This document shows positions 26,699-36,957 of a stretch of 64,000 nucleotides of DNA, piece after piece; position 1 is the first letter of the stretch; every line of letters begins with the position of its first letter. Location: assembly GCF_032062105.1 (NCBI RefSeq), contig NW_026922157.1, forward strand, positions 62,001 through 126,000, in the 5' to 3' direction. The notes under the pieces are model-generated. The model was not told the DNA's origin. It worked only from the letters and a program-made list of their open reading frames with translations, and searched no databases. This DNA is from Saccostrea cucullata (taxonomy: Eukaryota). The translations under genes were made by a program, and so were the position numbers.

Positions 26699-26955
26699 CG
26701 AGGGTTGTCCGTAAAGTTCGTGGACAAGCAAAAATTTAATGAAAGTTGAATCATTGATATTAATTATTAGCAATCTAATCCTTTAAATATGAATTGAAAA
26801 ATATGAAGTTTAATGCAATTTCAATTGTTTAATCATAATTATGACTTCATAATTTGAAATGAAAAATGAATTCAATGAAAATAATAGTTTATATATTTTA
26901 TCAATGTTTGTCAGTAATTATTAATGTTGTACACGAACTTCACGGACAACCCTCG
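26699..26955. mobile_element. Tc1/mariner-type MITE
   Basis: ~29-bp TIR CGAGGGTTGTCCGTAAAGTTCGTGGACAA with TA duplication. Confidence 0.88.
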
Positions 26956-27221
26956 TATATATTTGGTTTATCACATTTGATAATATGACGCCAAATATAA
27001 AAGATATGGGTACCGTGACATTACTTTTGGATCAACCCTTGTACTATAGTGGTATACGTGTTGGCCATCAAAACTTAGAAATAAGGAAACTTAATGTCTA
27101 TGCACCCCTTAATCTCACGTACCAGTAATCTGCATTGTTATTGATAAACAGTCAATGTTATTTAAACAGTCCATAGAAGGTTCAACAGTTATCAGGGGGA
27201 GACTTTCTTATTTTGTCCCAA

Positions 27222-27610
27222 TTTTTATGCCCCCGTAAGCAAAGTTTTGGGAATATATAGATTTTTTCGTGTTCGTCTGTCTGTCTGTCCAGCGGCCTGA
27301 CCGTCTGTCTCTCTGTTTCCGAAAAAAATTTAAGCTTGCCAATAACTTTTGATTTAGTGGAGCTCTGACTTTCATATTTCAGATGCATATTCCTTGTGAC
27401 AAGTCCCTTCTTTGGGTATCACCAAATTTGACCTTTTGACCTTGACCTTGGAGTTTGTCCCATTTTAATACAAAAATTCCAATCTTTTATTTGTCCATAT
27501 CTTTTGAACAGTATATACTTTATAAAGTAGATGAATTTAATACTTCATACATGAATATTTTGGTAGCAAGGCATTTCATTGAGTACAAAATTTTTTTACC
27601 TTTTGACCTA
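27222..27610 (+). mobile_element. Helentron/HINE-like element fragment
   Basis: TTTTTATGCCCCCG start, a (GTCT)n tract and TTGACCTTGACC units. Confidence 0.6.
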
Positions 27611-28083
27611 AGCACTAATCTAAGAAAATTGAAGTCAAGGTGAAAGTAAAGGTCAAGGTAAAAAAAAGCTGATGTAGTTGACTAGCTCTCATCAGTATGT
27701 ATTAGCATATGAAGTTTGATGAAAATATCTTAAATGGTATCTTTAAAATTGAGCTAAACATGAAATAAAGAAAATTGAGATCAAGTTCATTGGAAAGCTC
27801 AAGGTCAAAAATGGTGATGTAGTTGAAAAGCTCTCATCTGTATGTATCAACATGTGAAGTTTGATAATACTATCTTTATTGGTATGTATAAAAGTTTAAA
27901 AATGAGCTAAATACTAATTTGAGAAAAGTTAGTTCAAGGTCAAAGGAAATGTCAAGGTCAAAAATAATTAATGGATTTAAATGGCTCTTGTCAACATATA
28001 TATACCAGCATATGAAGATTGATGAAAATATCTAGGATAATTTTTTTAAACTGAGCTTTGAACTGAGCTAAAGTGTGATAGAA

Positions 28084-28451
28084 TGTAGCGGGACCGAGCG
28101 TGCAGTCCTTTTTGCTATTTTAAAATCCTCCTTAGAATTAATTAAATTCCTCCTTTGGTAGCGTAATAAAAATTCCAGTTATAAGTTTACGAGTTTATTA
28201 CATGTTTTAATAAATAATCACAATCTCATTATGTACAAGTAATCCAAAATATAAGTTCACAAATCGTTAATCCACTTAAACTCTGTCTATCACTGACTGT
28301 CTCTATCTCTCCTATCTAACCCCAAGCACGTGTGCGTGCACGCCCTATATATACATGTGAGGGGCAGCTCCGGTGGAGCTGCCAATACACAGCAGCTACC
28401 GGGGAGCTGCCGCTCTGCGGTCGATTACATAATATAAACAAATACTTTACA
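28084..28451 (-). repeat. 3' LTR
   Basis: 368-bp direct repeat of 31582-31949, adjacent to the PPT; TATATATAG and AATAAA on the minus strand. Confidence 0.95.
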
Positions 28452-28670
28452 ACTCCCCCCGGCTAAGATTTTGACCCCGTTCAAAATAAATTATCGAAAC
28501 AATACAAACATAGTATCATACAAAATAAATATTTACATACAGTTAAGAATCAAGAAATTAGTTTAATTAACTGTTAAAAAGTTCAAGTTTTTAACAGCAG
28601 TCACTGGTTGAAATCTCCGTAGACGTTTCTGTCTCGGTGGCACTGGAAATGAATCTAAACTTATAATTTC

Positions 28671-29060
28671 CTAGGATTCGTCCTCAGTCTGCTGCTTTTC
28701 AATTATTTCCTCATCTGATGAAATGTCCTCAAGTTCGGGCGCATACACCGGCTGTGGTTGGACATTTGTTGCGACATCAAGCGATTCCTCGTCAGACGAT
28801 ATATCTTCATACAACGGGACGTAGACTGCTTTCTGATTTTTCTTCAGATCTTCTCTGCGTAATTCTTTACTACTCGCCATTGTCGTTTCACTTTGTCCAT
28901 GCACACGTTTCAAATGTTTCTTTAAATTAAATTTCCTGGAAAATGGTCTTCCACAAAAGTCACAGTAAAATATACTAACACATTCACTATGAATTTCCTT
29001 ACAAAGTTGTTTAAGCGTTTTTCTATTCGTAAAAACTTGTCCACATATATCACAAAGCAT
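28671..29060 (-). CDS. env-position accessory ORF of the Gypsy element: 2 C2H2 zinc fingers + acidic repeats (probably once extended to 28563)
   Basis: CDICGQVFTNRKTLKQLCKEIH (degenerate), CDFCGRPFSRKFNLKKHLKRVH and two EDISSDEE motifs. The ATG is directly preceded by CAG, ~30 nt after the pol stop. Confidence 0.75.
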   Translation of the reverse strand: MLCDICGQVFTNRKTLKQLCKEIHSECVSIFYCDFCGRPFSRKFNLKKHLKRVHGQSETTMASSKELRREDLKKNQKAVYVPLYEDISSDEESLDVATNVQPQPVYAPELEDISSDEEIIEKQQTEDES

Positions 29061-29091
29061 CTGTATTCTTCTACATCCAAAAATGGTATGA

Positions 29092-31424
29092 TCAGTCTCT
29101 GAATCGGCACGGCACTTTTATAAGGCGCCCGCCCCTGGTCCGCGTCGAGTGTCTGTCTGGAGTTCGGGTATTGCGCATCTGACCTCTGTCGCGGTCTTCC
29201 CCTGCTGTAGCGCGGTCACTATCGGCGGCGTCCTTTGAACTTTGTTTTTTTCAATTTTGGCGATTTCTTGGAGTCCTCCTCATTAGAATCCTTTTGTTTC
29301 GGCACAGGGATATTATTAGGTTCTACAATCACTTGATCTTTAGTGATTTTCACAGTTTGATTCACCAATTTCTGTACATTGTGTTGTATTGTTTTTCTTG
29401 TGCGAAATGGCTTTAAATTGTCCGCATGCACAATCTTTGGTTTTGACGTTTTTGAGTGCTGAATTTGAAATAGGATATTACTTAGGCGTTTCAGAACAAC
29501 CCAAGGGCCAATCCAATTTCGGGACAGTTTCGTTTTTGTTCCCTTCTTCTGTTTAGGTTGGTAAAGTCGTACTACGCCGCCCACTTCATAATTCTTCTCA
29601 ATAATGTTCTTGTTATATTGTTTTCTTTGCGTTTCTATCGAAGATCGCGTTGTCTCCATGGCTAAATCATGCGCTTTTTCCATACTTTCACACAATTTTG
29701 TCACATATTCCGTATGACACTTTATATCCTCATTTTGAAAATCACTAAAATCACATAACACAGACACTGGAATTGTCATTTCACATCCAAATATCATACG
29801 ATATGGCGTTATTCCTGTGGTTTCGTGTACCGAAGTGTTGTACGCCATACTTACAGCATCTATGTATTTGTCCAAGTTCGTTTGCGGTAAGACACGAACT
29901 TTGATAACATTTCTTTGATGGTCCGATTGATTCTTTCTACCATCCCGTCTGATCTTGGATGGAAGGCTGTTGTTCGAGTTTTTGAGATACACATAATTTC
30001 ACAGAGTTGGGAAAATAACTGGCTCTCGAATTGACTTCCCTGATCCGTGTGAATTTCTAATGGACATCCGTAACGTTTTATCCATCCCCGAAATATAGCG
30101 TCCGCTAACTTTTCATGAAATGCCTCTTCTTTTTCTGTGGATTTTTCTTTTCCTCACAAATATGACACGATTTGACATAGTCACTGATATCACGATGAAA
30201 GTTAGGCCAATAATATGAACTTAAATCCGCTCTTTTCTTGGTTCTAATAATTCGTTGATGTCCAGAAATCGGCAAATCATGGAAATGCCACAACAATGCA
30301 ATTCTCAGTGATTTAGGTGTACAGATCCGTAAACTTATTGAATCATCCTGTATCCACTTGATACACAACACGCCCTCATGTATGGTGAGTAGTTTCCATC
30401 GTCCATACCAGAATCGACTCTCAGGGGGCATATGAAATAAAGCGTCAAATTTAGGCTTGTCTTTGCTCCCATATTTTTCAATCCAACTTAGAACAAATCC
30501 GATAACTTTGTCTCCCATCTGACTTTTTCGAAAACCAGAATATGTTAAGTCTACATCGGGCTCAGGTTGCGGCTTTGCTCGTCTTGGTCTATTTTCTGTT
30601 CGTCCTCTTCCTGTTGCCTGATTGTTGTCACTTTCATTTGTGTTAAACAAATAATGAATATCACATATAGCTTGGTCAATACACAAATCTGTCTCACACT
30701 GGTGTTTGCAATGTGACTTTCCGGGGCTCCGTCGTATTCATCGCCTAATTTTCTTTTGCATTGTCTGCAAACGGTCTCATCCGAAGTTACAGTGATTCTT
30801 GATAAACCGTCTGCATTAGAATGTCGTTTCCCTGCACGATGAACAATTTTAAAATCAAGCGGTCCTATTTGCTGTAGCCATCTGCATATCTGTCCGTCTA
30901 GCTCTTTGAATCTGTGTAACCAAGTGAGAGATCCATGATCTGTGCGTAACACGAATTCCTTTCCCAACAGGTAATGTTTAAAGTATTTCATAAAATAAAC
31001 TACGGCGAGCATTTCTTTTCGTGTAACACAATAATTTCTCTCCGCTGTAGTTAACAAACGACTCCCGTAAGCTATCACTTTTTCACCATGTTCCTGAATT
31101 TGGGATAGCACACAACCAATAGCACTTTTACTTGCATCTGTATCAAGAATAAAAATGACCAGCATTTGGATCTGGATATCCAAGAATTGGAGCACTCACA
31201 AGTTTTTCTTTCAGTGTATGAAACGCATGATCACATTCATCTGTCCATTCCCATTTTGTTTCTTTGCTTGTAAGCGTATGTAAGCATCTTGCTATTTTTG
31301 CAAAATCTTTAATGAATTTCCTATAATAGGACACTAATCCTAGAAAACTTCTTAACTCGCTCACATTTGTTGGTCTTGCAGCATTTCTAATTGCTTCTGT
31401 TTTTACAAGATCTGTTTTTATTCC
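29092..31424 (-). pseudogene. pol: Gypsy pol remnant: RT connection, RNase H, integrase (frameshifted)
   Basis: GIKTD...ELRSFLGLVSYYRKFIKDFAKIA, FILDTDASKSAIGCVLSQ, AERNYCVTRKEMLAVV, LRTDHGSL, HRAGKRHSNADGLSR, the HHCC region HFHDLPISGH...CHIC, MAYNTSVHETTGITPY, WIGPWVV, VHADNLKPF, and terminal TRGGRL..VPCRFRD*. Confidence 0.93.
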
Positions 31425-31581
31425 GAATTACACATTTTATTTGAATCACTTGATAAAAAGTATTAATCCAAACACATTCTCACAATCACGGAGAAGAAAA
31501 TAATAATAATCCAATGGAAATTAAATCCTTTCTTTTAACTATGGAATAACATGAATAACATCCCACCGCTGTGCCACCAGT

Positions 31582-31949
31582 TGTAGCTGGACCGAGCGTG
31601 CGGTCCTTTTTGCTATTTTAAAATCCTCCTTAGAATTAATTAAATTCCTCCTTTGGTAGCGTAATAAAAATTCTAGTTATAAGTTTACGAGTTTATTACA
31701 TGTTTTTATGAATAATCGCAATCACATTATGTACAAGTAATCCAAAATATAAGTTCACAAATCGTTAATCCACTTAAACTCTGTCTATCACTGACTGTCT
31801 CTATCTCTCCTATCTAACCCCAAGCACGCGTGCGTGCACGCCCTATATATACATGTGAGGGGCAGCTCCGGTGGAGCTGCCAATACACAGCAGCTACCGG
31901 GGAGCTGCCGCTCTGCGGTCGATTACATAATATAAACAAATACTTTACA
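31582..31949 (-). repeat. 5' LTR
   Basis: Direct repeat of 28084-28451, adjacent to the tRNA-Leu PBS. Confidence 0.95.
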
Positions 31950-32375
31950 ACTATGACAGAAGGACGGGTAGAAGACGGACATGACAAACACTACATGCCC
32001 CGGCCATATACATGGTGGGTCATAACTTAAAAATTAAAGTAGACTTTTAATCTTTGTTTTAATTTAACTCATATATGATATATGAGTTTTTCTTTCAGGC
32101 TAGAGATGCATTGATTGCTTAAGTAACTAAATATATAATATAAATAATAGTATCTGCATAGTTTTTGGACCTGCCTTAATGTATATATCATTATACTAAC
32201 AGTGCTAAGAACCTATCATACGATATTTTATATCGTATGATAGGTTCTGGGCACTGTTAGGTATAACTCTCCGCCAAAAGGGGTTATAATTTATATAATT
32301 TAAGGCTTAATTTTATTTTTACAATTCTGAATAAAGAGAAAAAATATAAATTTTTGTATATCAAAAATAATAAAG

Positions 32376-34195
32376 GCCTTTAAACTGTTGAAGATATATG
32401 GACCAATGAGTGTTTGTTGTACGTTATGGAGCAGTGGATTGGTTCCGACAATGCCGGGCAACCAGTTTGGAATCTGCGCACTAAATCACCCAAAACGAGG
32501 CTACAACAGTTCCTTGGCATCAGGGTAAAGATGGATATTGGCAAAATTCAGACCAAGAACTTATATATTTCACGGAATTGTCCTGATAAATGAATATGTG
32601 ACAGTCTTCACGAATCATGGAAAATGCACAACTCATCTAAAATAAGTTAAAATTATTAAAATAATAAACTGATTCATTATTTTGTTGTAGACTCTGCGTA
32701 TTTGCGTCAGGAATCGTAGGAATGTTCTCCAGCCTGCGGTATGGTTTCCTCTTCTAGACGCCAATGCTGAGAATGGATGCATGCAGGTAGAGATAAAGCG
32801 ACTATCCTTCATAGAGAATCATTTATAAGTACACAACTTATAGCATATTAAGGAATTTTCTAATTCAGATTGCACACAGAGGTCACAAGACCTTGTATCT
32901 CATGTTGGAGGAAATGGCCAAAACATTAGGTTAAGTCTGATTCCATCAGGCAATATTGCTTTTGATAAATGACCAACATATATTTAGTAAGCTATGACAG
33001 AATCTGTTAAAATATTGAGATTTTTGTTTCAACAGAAGTAGATTTGGACAAAGACATCATAACATGTCCAGTTTTCTTACGGTGGAACATTACTGTTGAA
33101 CAATATGATATACGGAAGGCAAATCGCTTCTATTTCATAATGGTCAGTTTGTTTCTCTTTACTCAAAATGGATAAGTGCTATTTTACATAAAAGTTAAAC
33201 TTCATAAAATATATATACTGAAACGCAACACCCTACTTCAGGGGGAATAATTATGTCAAGTAAAGAATTTTGTACCTTTAAATTATGATATCTTCAATTT
33301 GGTAAATATCGGTAATTTAACGGTTGAAAGATTTTCATACCTTAACCGGAAGTCAAGTTTGAGCCTGCTTACCGGAAATCAAAAATTGCATGTTTAACAA
33401 AACATTTGGCAATGATATGGAGTTTTAAGGGTTTGTACTGTTCATCATAAGTAATGCAGCACTATTTCAAAAAATAGATTCTCCTTTAGTTTCCCGTAAC
33501 GATGCAAAGGCTTCTTGAAAATGGCTTAATTACACATTTCCATTGCTCTAGCTGGAAAATTTCAAAAGTAAAGTGATGGGGAGTTGCTGATGCAAAACAT
33601 CACTACATTACACCTCAACAGGATCTTACGTATCATATGCATTAATGACAGTCCTTGGACCGGAAGTCCAAGGGTTAATACACTGCGCTAAGTTAGAGAA
33701 AATTCGACCTAATCATCTGAAAAACAGGCATTTAAAAATGGCAAAGAACAATTCCTTCGCTGAGATCTCAATATTGATGAACCTACTGTATCGTAGAAAT
33801 TAAGCTGCAAGTGTTGTTTAGGGCAGACTTGCACGTTTTAATTGAATGGCTGCGAGGGGGGGGGGGGTTAACAGGCATATGCTACTTAGTAAAGTAAAAA
33901 GATATACATTTAACATTTTTTATCAAATCTCTGATGTTCTGAAAAGCGAGTTTATCCTTACTGTATTCACTTTTGGAAATCGTTAGATAAAAAATTAAAA
34001 CATTTGTAGATTGATGCTTGTTGCGTTTTTGTTTTTTTTTTGCGTGTCAGTAGACAAGTAGGGCAAATACACATAATCTATTGGTTGAATATTTAGCCTG
34101 CCGAATATGTCTGAGCAGATCTGTTGGAGTCTTGATCTCCGTTGGCAAATACCGGATCATCCCTACAGATTTTAAGGCTATAAAGAACCACCTAG
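32376..34195 (+). pseudogene. decayed, partial, inverted paralog of the PhyH-family gene (exons 4-8)
   Basis: Exon relics at 32376-32524 (PVWNLRTKSP..ATTVPWHQ), 32691-32786, 32869-32929, 33036-33118 and 34097-~34195, with stops, deletions and frameshifts. The flanking intron 32050-32375 aligns to 14560-14830. Confidence 0.9.
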
Positions 34196-35009
34196 AATGA
34201 TGAAAAGACTTCATTTCATGTTAAATCACAAATATTTATGGCTTACGTGTACAATGATTCATTTGAATAATTAAGTACTAGTAACAACTAAATTGTTGAT
34301 GATTTTTTTTTTTATCAAAATCATCCTGTTTTTCAATCTGATGTAATTTTTTGCTCCACAATTATACTTAAGAAATTTGCATACTCTTTGTCTGGAGTTC
34401 AATATTTATATTAGTCTAAGAATTATTACTGTTCAAATTCTAGAGGTACTGTGAGCAATGTACATTGTGTTGACTCAATCTAATAAAAAAATCTTATGTA
34501 CGTTGCATAGGATTTCAAAATACATGCATGCAATATACCAAATGTGTAACTGGAATATTTCATATACATAGGGGGGTTAGCTTTTCCTCCTTTCCATACT
34601 TGTTCTGACTATAGATTTTTCCTATAGTAAACTGTCCTTTAGATGCTGGTTCGCCCCAACTAATAATTGATTGTAAGGTCTAGCAAAATGAATTTATTCT
34701 GTACAGGATAAAGGAATCCACTTTCAATCAATTATGACACTATGTAGAAAGTAGAGGAAGTTAATAATACGAAGTTTATAAAGCATGTCCGCCCTGTCTT
34801 CCTTACACTAATATACCAGTACATTAGTGTCAAATAAATACATATTCTAATATTGAAGCATTGAAATTCAATGGAATACTGAGTTAACGCGCTGTATGAT
34901 AATTTGTCGGCACTACCAGGTGTGTTATAAGACCGTAGACATCCTAAAATACATAATGTATGAATTAATGCATAAATTTACATTTTCGTATTTTCCCTCT
35001 TCAAAAATC

Positions 35010-35335
35010 TTTATTATAGACCCACCGCTTGAAAAGCGGGAGAGTATATAGTAATCAGGATATCTGCATGTCCGTTCGTCCGTCCCTCTGTCTTTAATTC
35101 CGTCTGTTATGCTTTGGGTACACGTATCCGCAACTCCTCTTATGTCAGTGTATGGTATCTAAGGTGACTTTCAGATTATCTCTATTACACATTGCCATTC
35201 TGCACCTTCTATTTTACTTTTTAATTAGATACACATTTTGGGTTTCCCATGGCAAAACATGGGCACTGCTATTTTATTCCATATGGAAGGCTGGGTATCT
35301 TTTAGTGAGCTTATTGTTCACAATACCTCTTTTAA
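35010..35335 (+). mobile_element. short HINE/pearl-like non-autonomous element
   Basis: Same layout as 42428-42775: CCGCTTGAAAAGCGGG hairpin, (GTCC)n tract and GTGAGCT..TTGTTCACA 3' hairpin. Confidence 0.7.
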
Positions 35336-35613
35336 ATTATTTATTAGACTGATTAAAAATGTATATTTTGGTGTTCTAGAGTATTGATTATGAATATATT
35401 TCTTCTGTGTATTCTACGTGCGGGGAAAAGGTTTCGCGTGAATTATAGAAATTCGAATATCTCGGCTTTTAATGGATTTTATATTGAAAATTACACTGAT
35501 TGTTAATATAAAACTTTTTTATTTATGCATTCATTTTTTCTTGAAGTTTTAAAGACGGACATTGTCCTTCAATTTCACGAAAGTGCTGAATACGTAATAA
35601 CCATTTAATCGGC

Positions 35614-36957
35614 TCATGATGAAATGCCAAATACACTTACCATTACGTTAATTACAACAGCAATAAAAACAAGAGCCATTATAGCATTGTTAAGTCTGTT
35701 ATAACGTTTTTTGTCCTCTATAGCTTCTTCAATGTTCGCCAAAGCTAAAAGTAAAAACCCAACAGTGATCTGCACTAGAAAAGTCAGTATCAGCAAAACA
35801 AGCAAGATATGGAAGTACTGGTATGACACCCCTCGGTCAAATAGGGACTTGAGCTGCGATGCATTGGCCACCAACAAACCAATATCTAGAAGGCCTTCTG
35901 CCACTGTTTTCTTCCGTTCGTGCACACTTGTGCTCTTTTTTGTTATATTCTGAAAAAAAAATGATAATATTATTTTTTTCTGTCTTTAATAACAACTGTG
36001 TTGTCTCTACTAACAGATATGTTAATTTGGCATTTTTTGTTTGTCGCTGATACCTAGGGGAGTCTGGAAAAAAGAAAGCCACCTTCCCCTTCATCCTGGC
36101 TTACTATTTTGACATCATATATTGTAAAATACGAAATATGATAATGTACGGTTCTACCCAATCATGTTATTCCTGCCTATTTACGAAAATAGAAAGATAA
36201 CAAACAACATAATCAACTCAAAATGTCCCCTGGAAAAAGACACCTTTACATGTACATATATTGGCAACTGAACAAACAAATACTTCAGAACTCATTGAAA
36301 AAAGGAACAAAGTGCTTTGGAGGAGTAAGCATCCCCTGCAAATTGGTCACACCTATTGTATGGTCTTTATCATGATCGAGTTAAATTTGAAAAATCCGGA
36401 GATAATTTAATGTAAATATAACCGCTTAAAAATTAAGTGAAAATTGTAAGTCTGAGTCAACATTAAACGTAATGATCAATCAATTGTACATGATTGTATA
36501 CTGTGGAATCACAAATTTTCATGTTGGTTTGATTTTCGTTGTTTTCGAAGTATGAAGAGACCAACGAATTCATGTCCACCACGAAATGTAAAATGTTACA
36601 AACATAACCAATCACCAATTTTACATCCACGAAATCAAATCCCCACGAACCAAGAGTTTTTACTCAAACCACGAAAATTTGACCCCACGATAATATGTGA
36701 TTTTACAGATATGTGTTTTTGCTATCGTTGGAATATCTGATTTCTTTTCTGAATAGTACATACTTCATCCCCACAATAAAATGGTTTTCTATATGAACCG
36801 GTCACATTTATTGGTAATTTGGGAATATAAAAATAATAATAATAAAAAAAAACCTGATATTAAGAAGAGGTCTTACCAGTACCGTATAGTTGCCATTTTC
36901 TGTAGATTCGCCGACTTCTCCGACTTTTTCGACTTCTTCGACTTCTCTCTCAGACAT
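35614..36957 (-). CDS. ninjurin family protein, 138 aa, intact
   Basis: Exons 36957-36877 and 35949-35614 (phase 0, GT-AG). It has the KKTVAEGLLDIGLLVANASQLK signature plus two hydrophobic helices ending LNNAIMALVFIAVVINVMVSVFG. Confidence 0.92.
36285..36400 (-). mobile_element. Penelope-like 3' UTR fragment in the ninjurin intron
   Basis: The reverse complement contains CGATCATGA...GTGTGACC...GCAGGGGATGCTTACTCCTCC. Confidence 0.65.

Larger units (their letters stand above)
28084..31949 (-). mobile_element. Ty3/Gypsy LTR retrotransposon, internally deleted (no gag, protease or most of RT), with extra 3' ORF
   Basis: Two 368-bp TG...CA LTRs (28084-28451, 31582-31949; 8 substitutions counted). 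The PBS is complementary to the tRNA-Leu 3' end (TCCCACCGCT[GT]GCCACCA, ~31561-31579), and the PPT GGGGGGAG lies at ~28453-28460. Domain order is RT-RNaseH-integrase. It is nested in a HINE-like repeat (27600-28083 and 31953-32030). Confidence 0.95.

Noticed and set aside
26449-26754. Overlapping ORFs on both strands
   Set aside because: They derive from the (AGAC)n microsatellite and a MITE junction.
35711-36094. Additional ORFs overlapping ninjurin exon 2
   Set aside because: They are antisense or alternative-frame shadows of the real exon.
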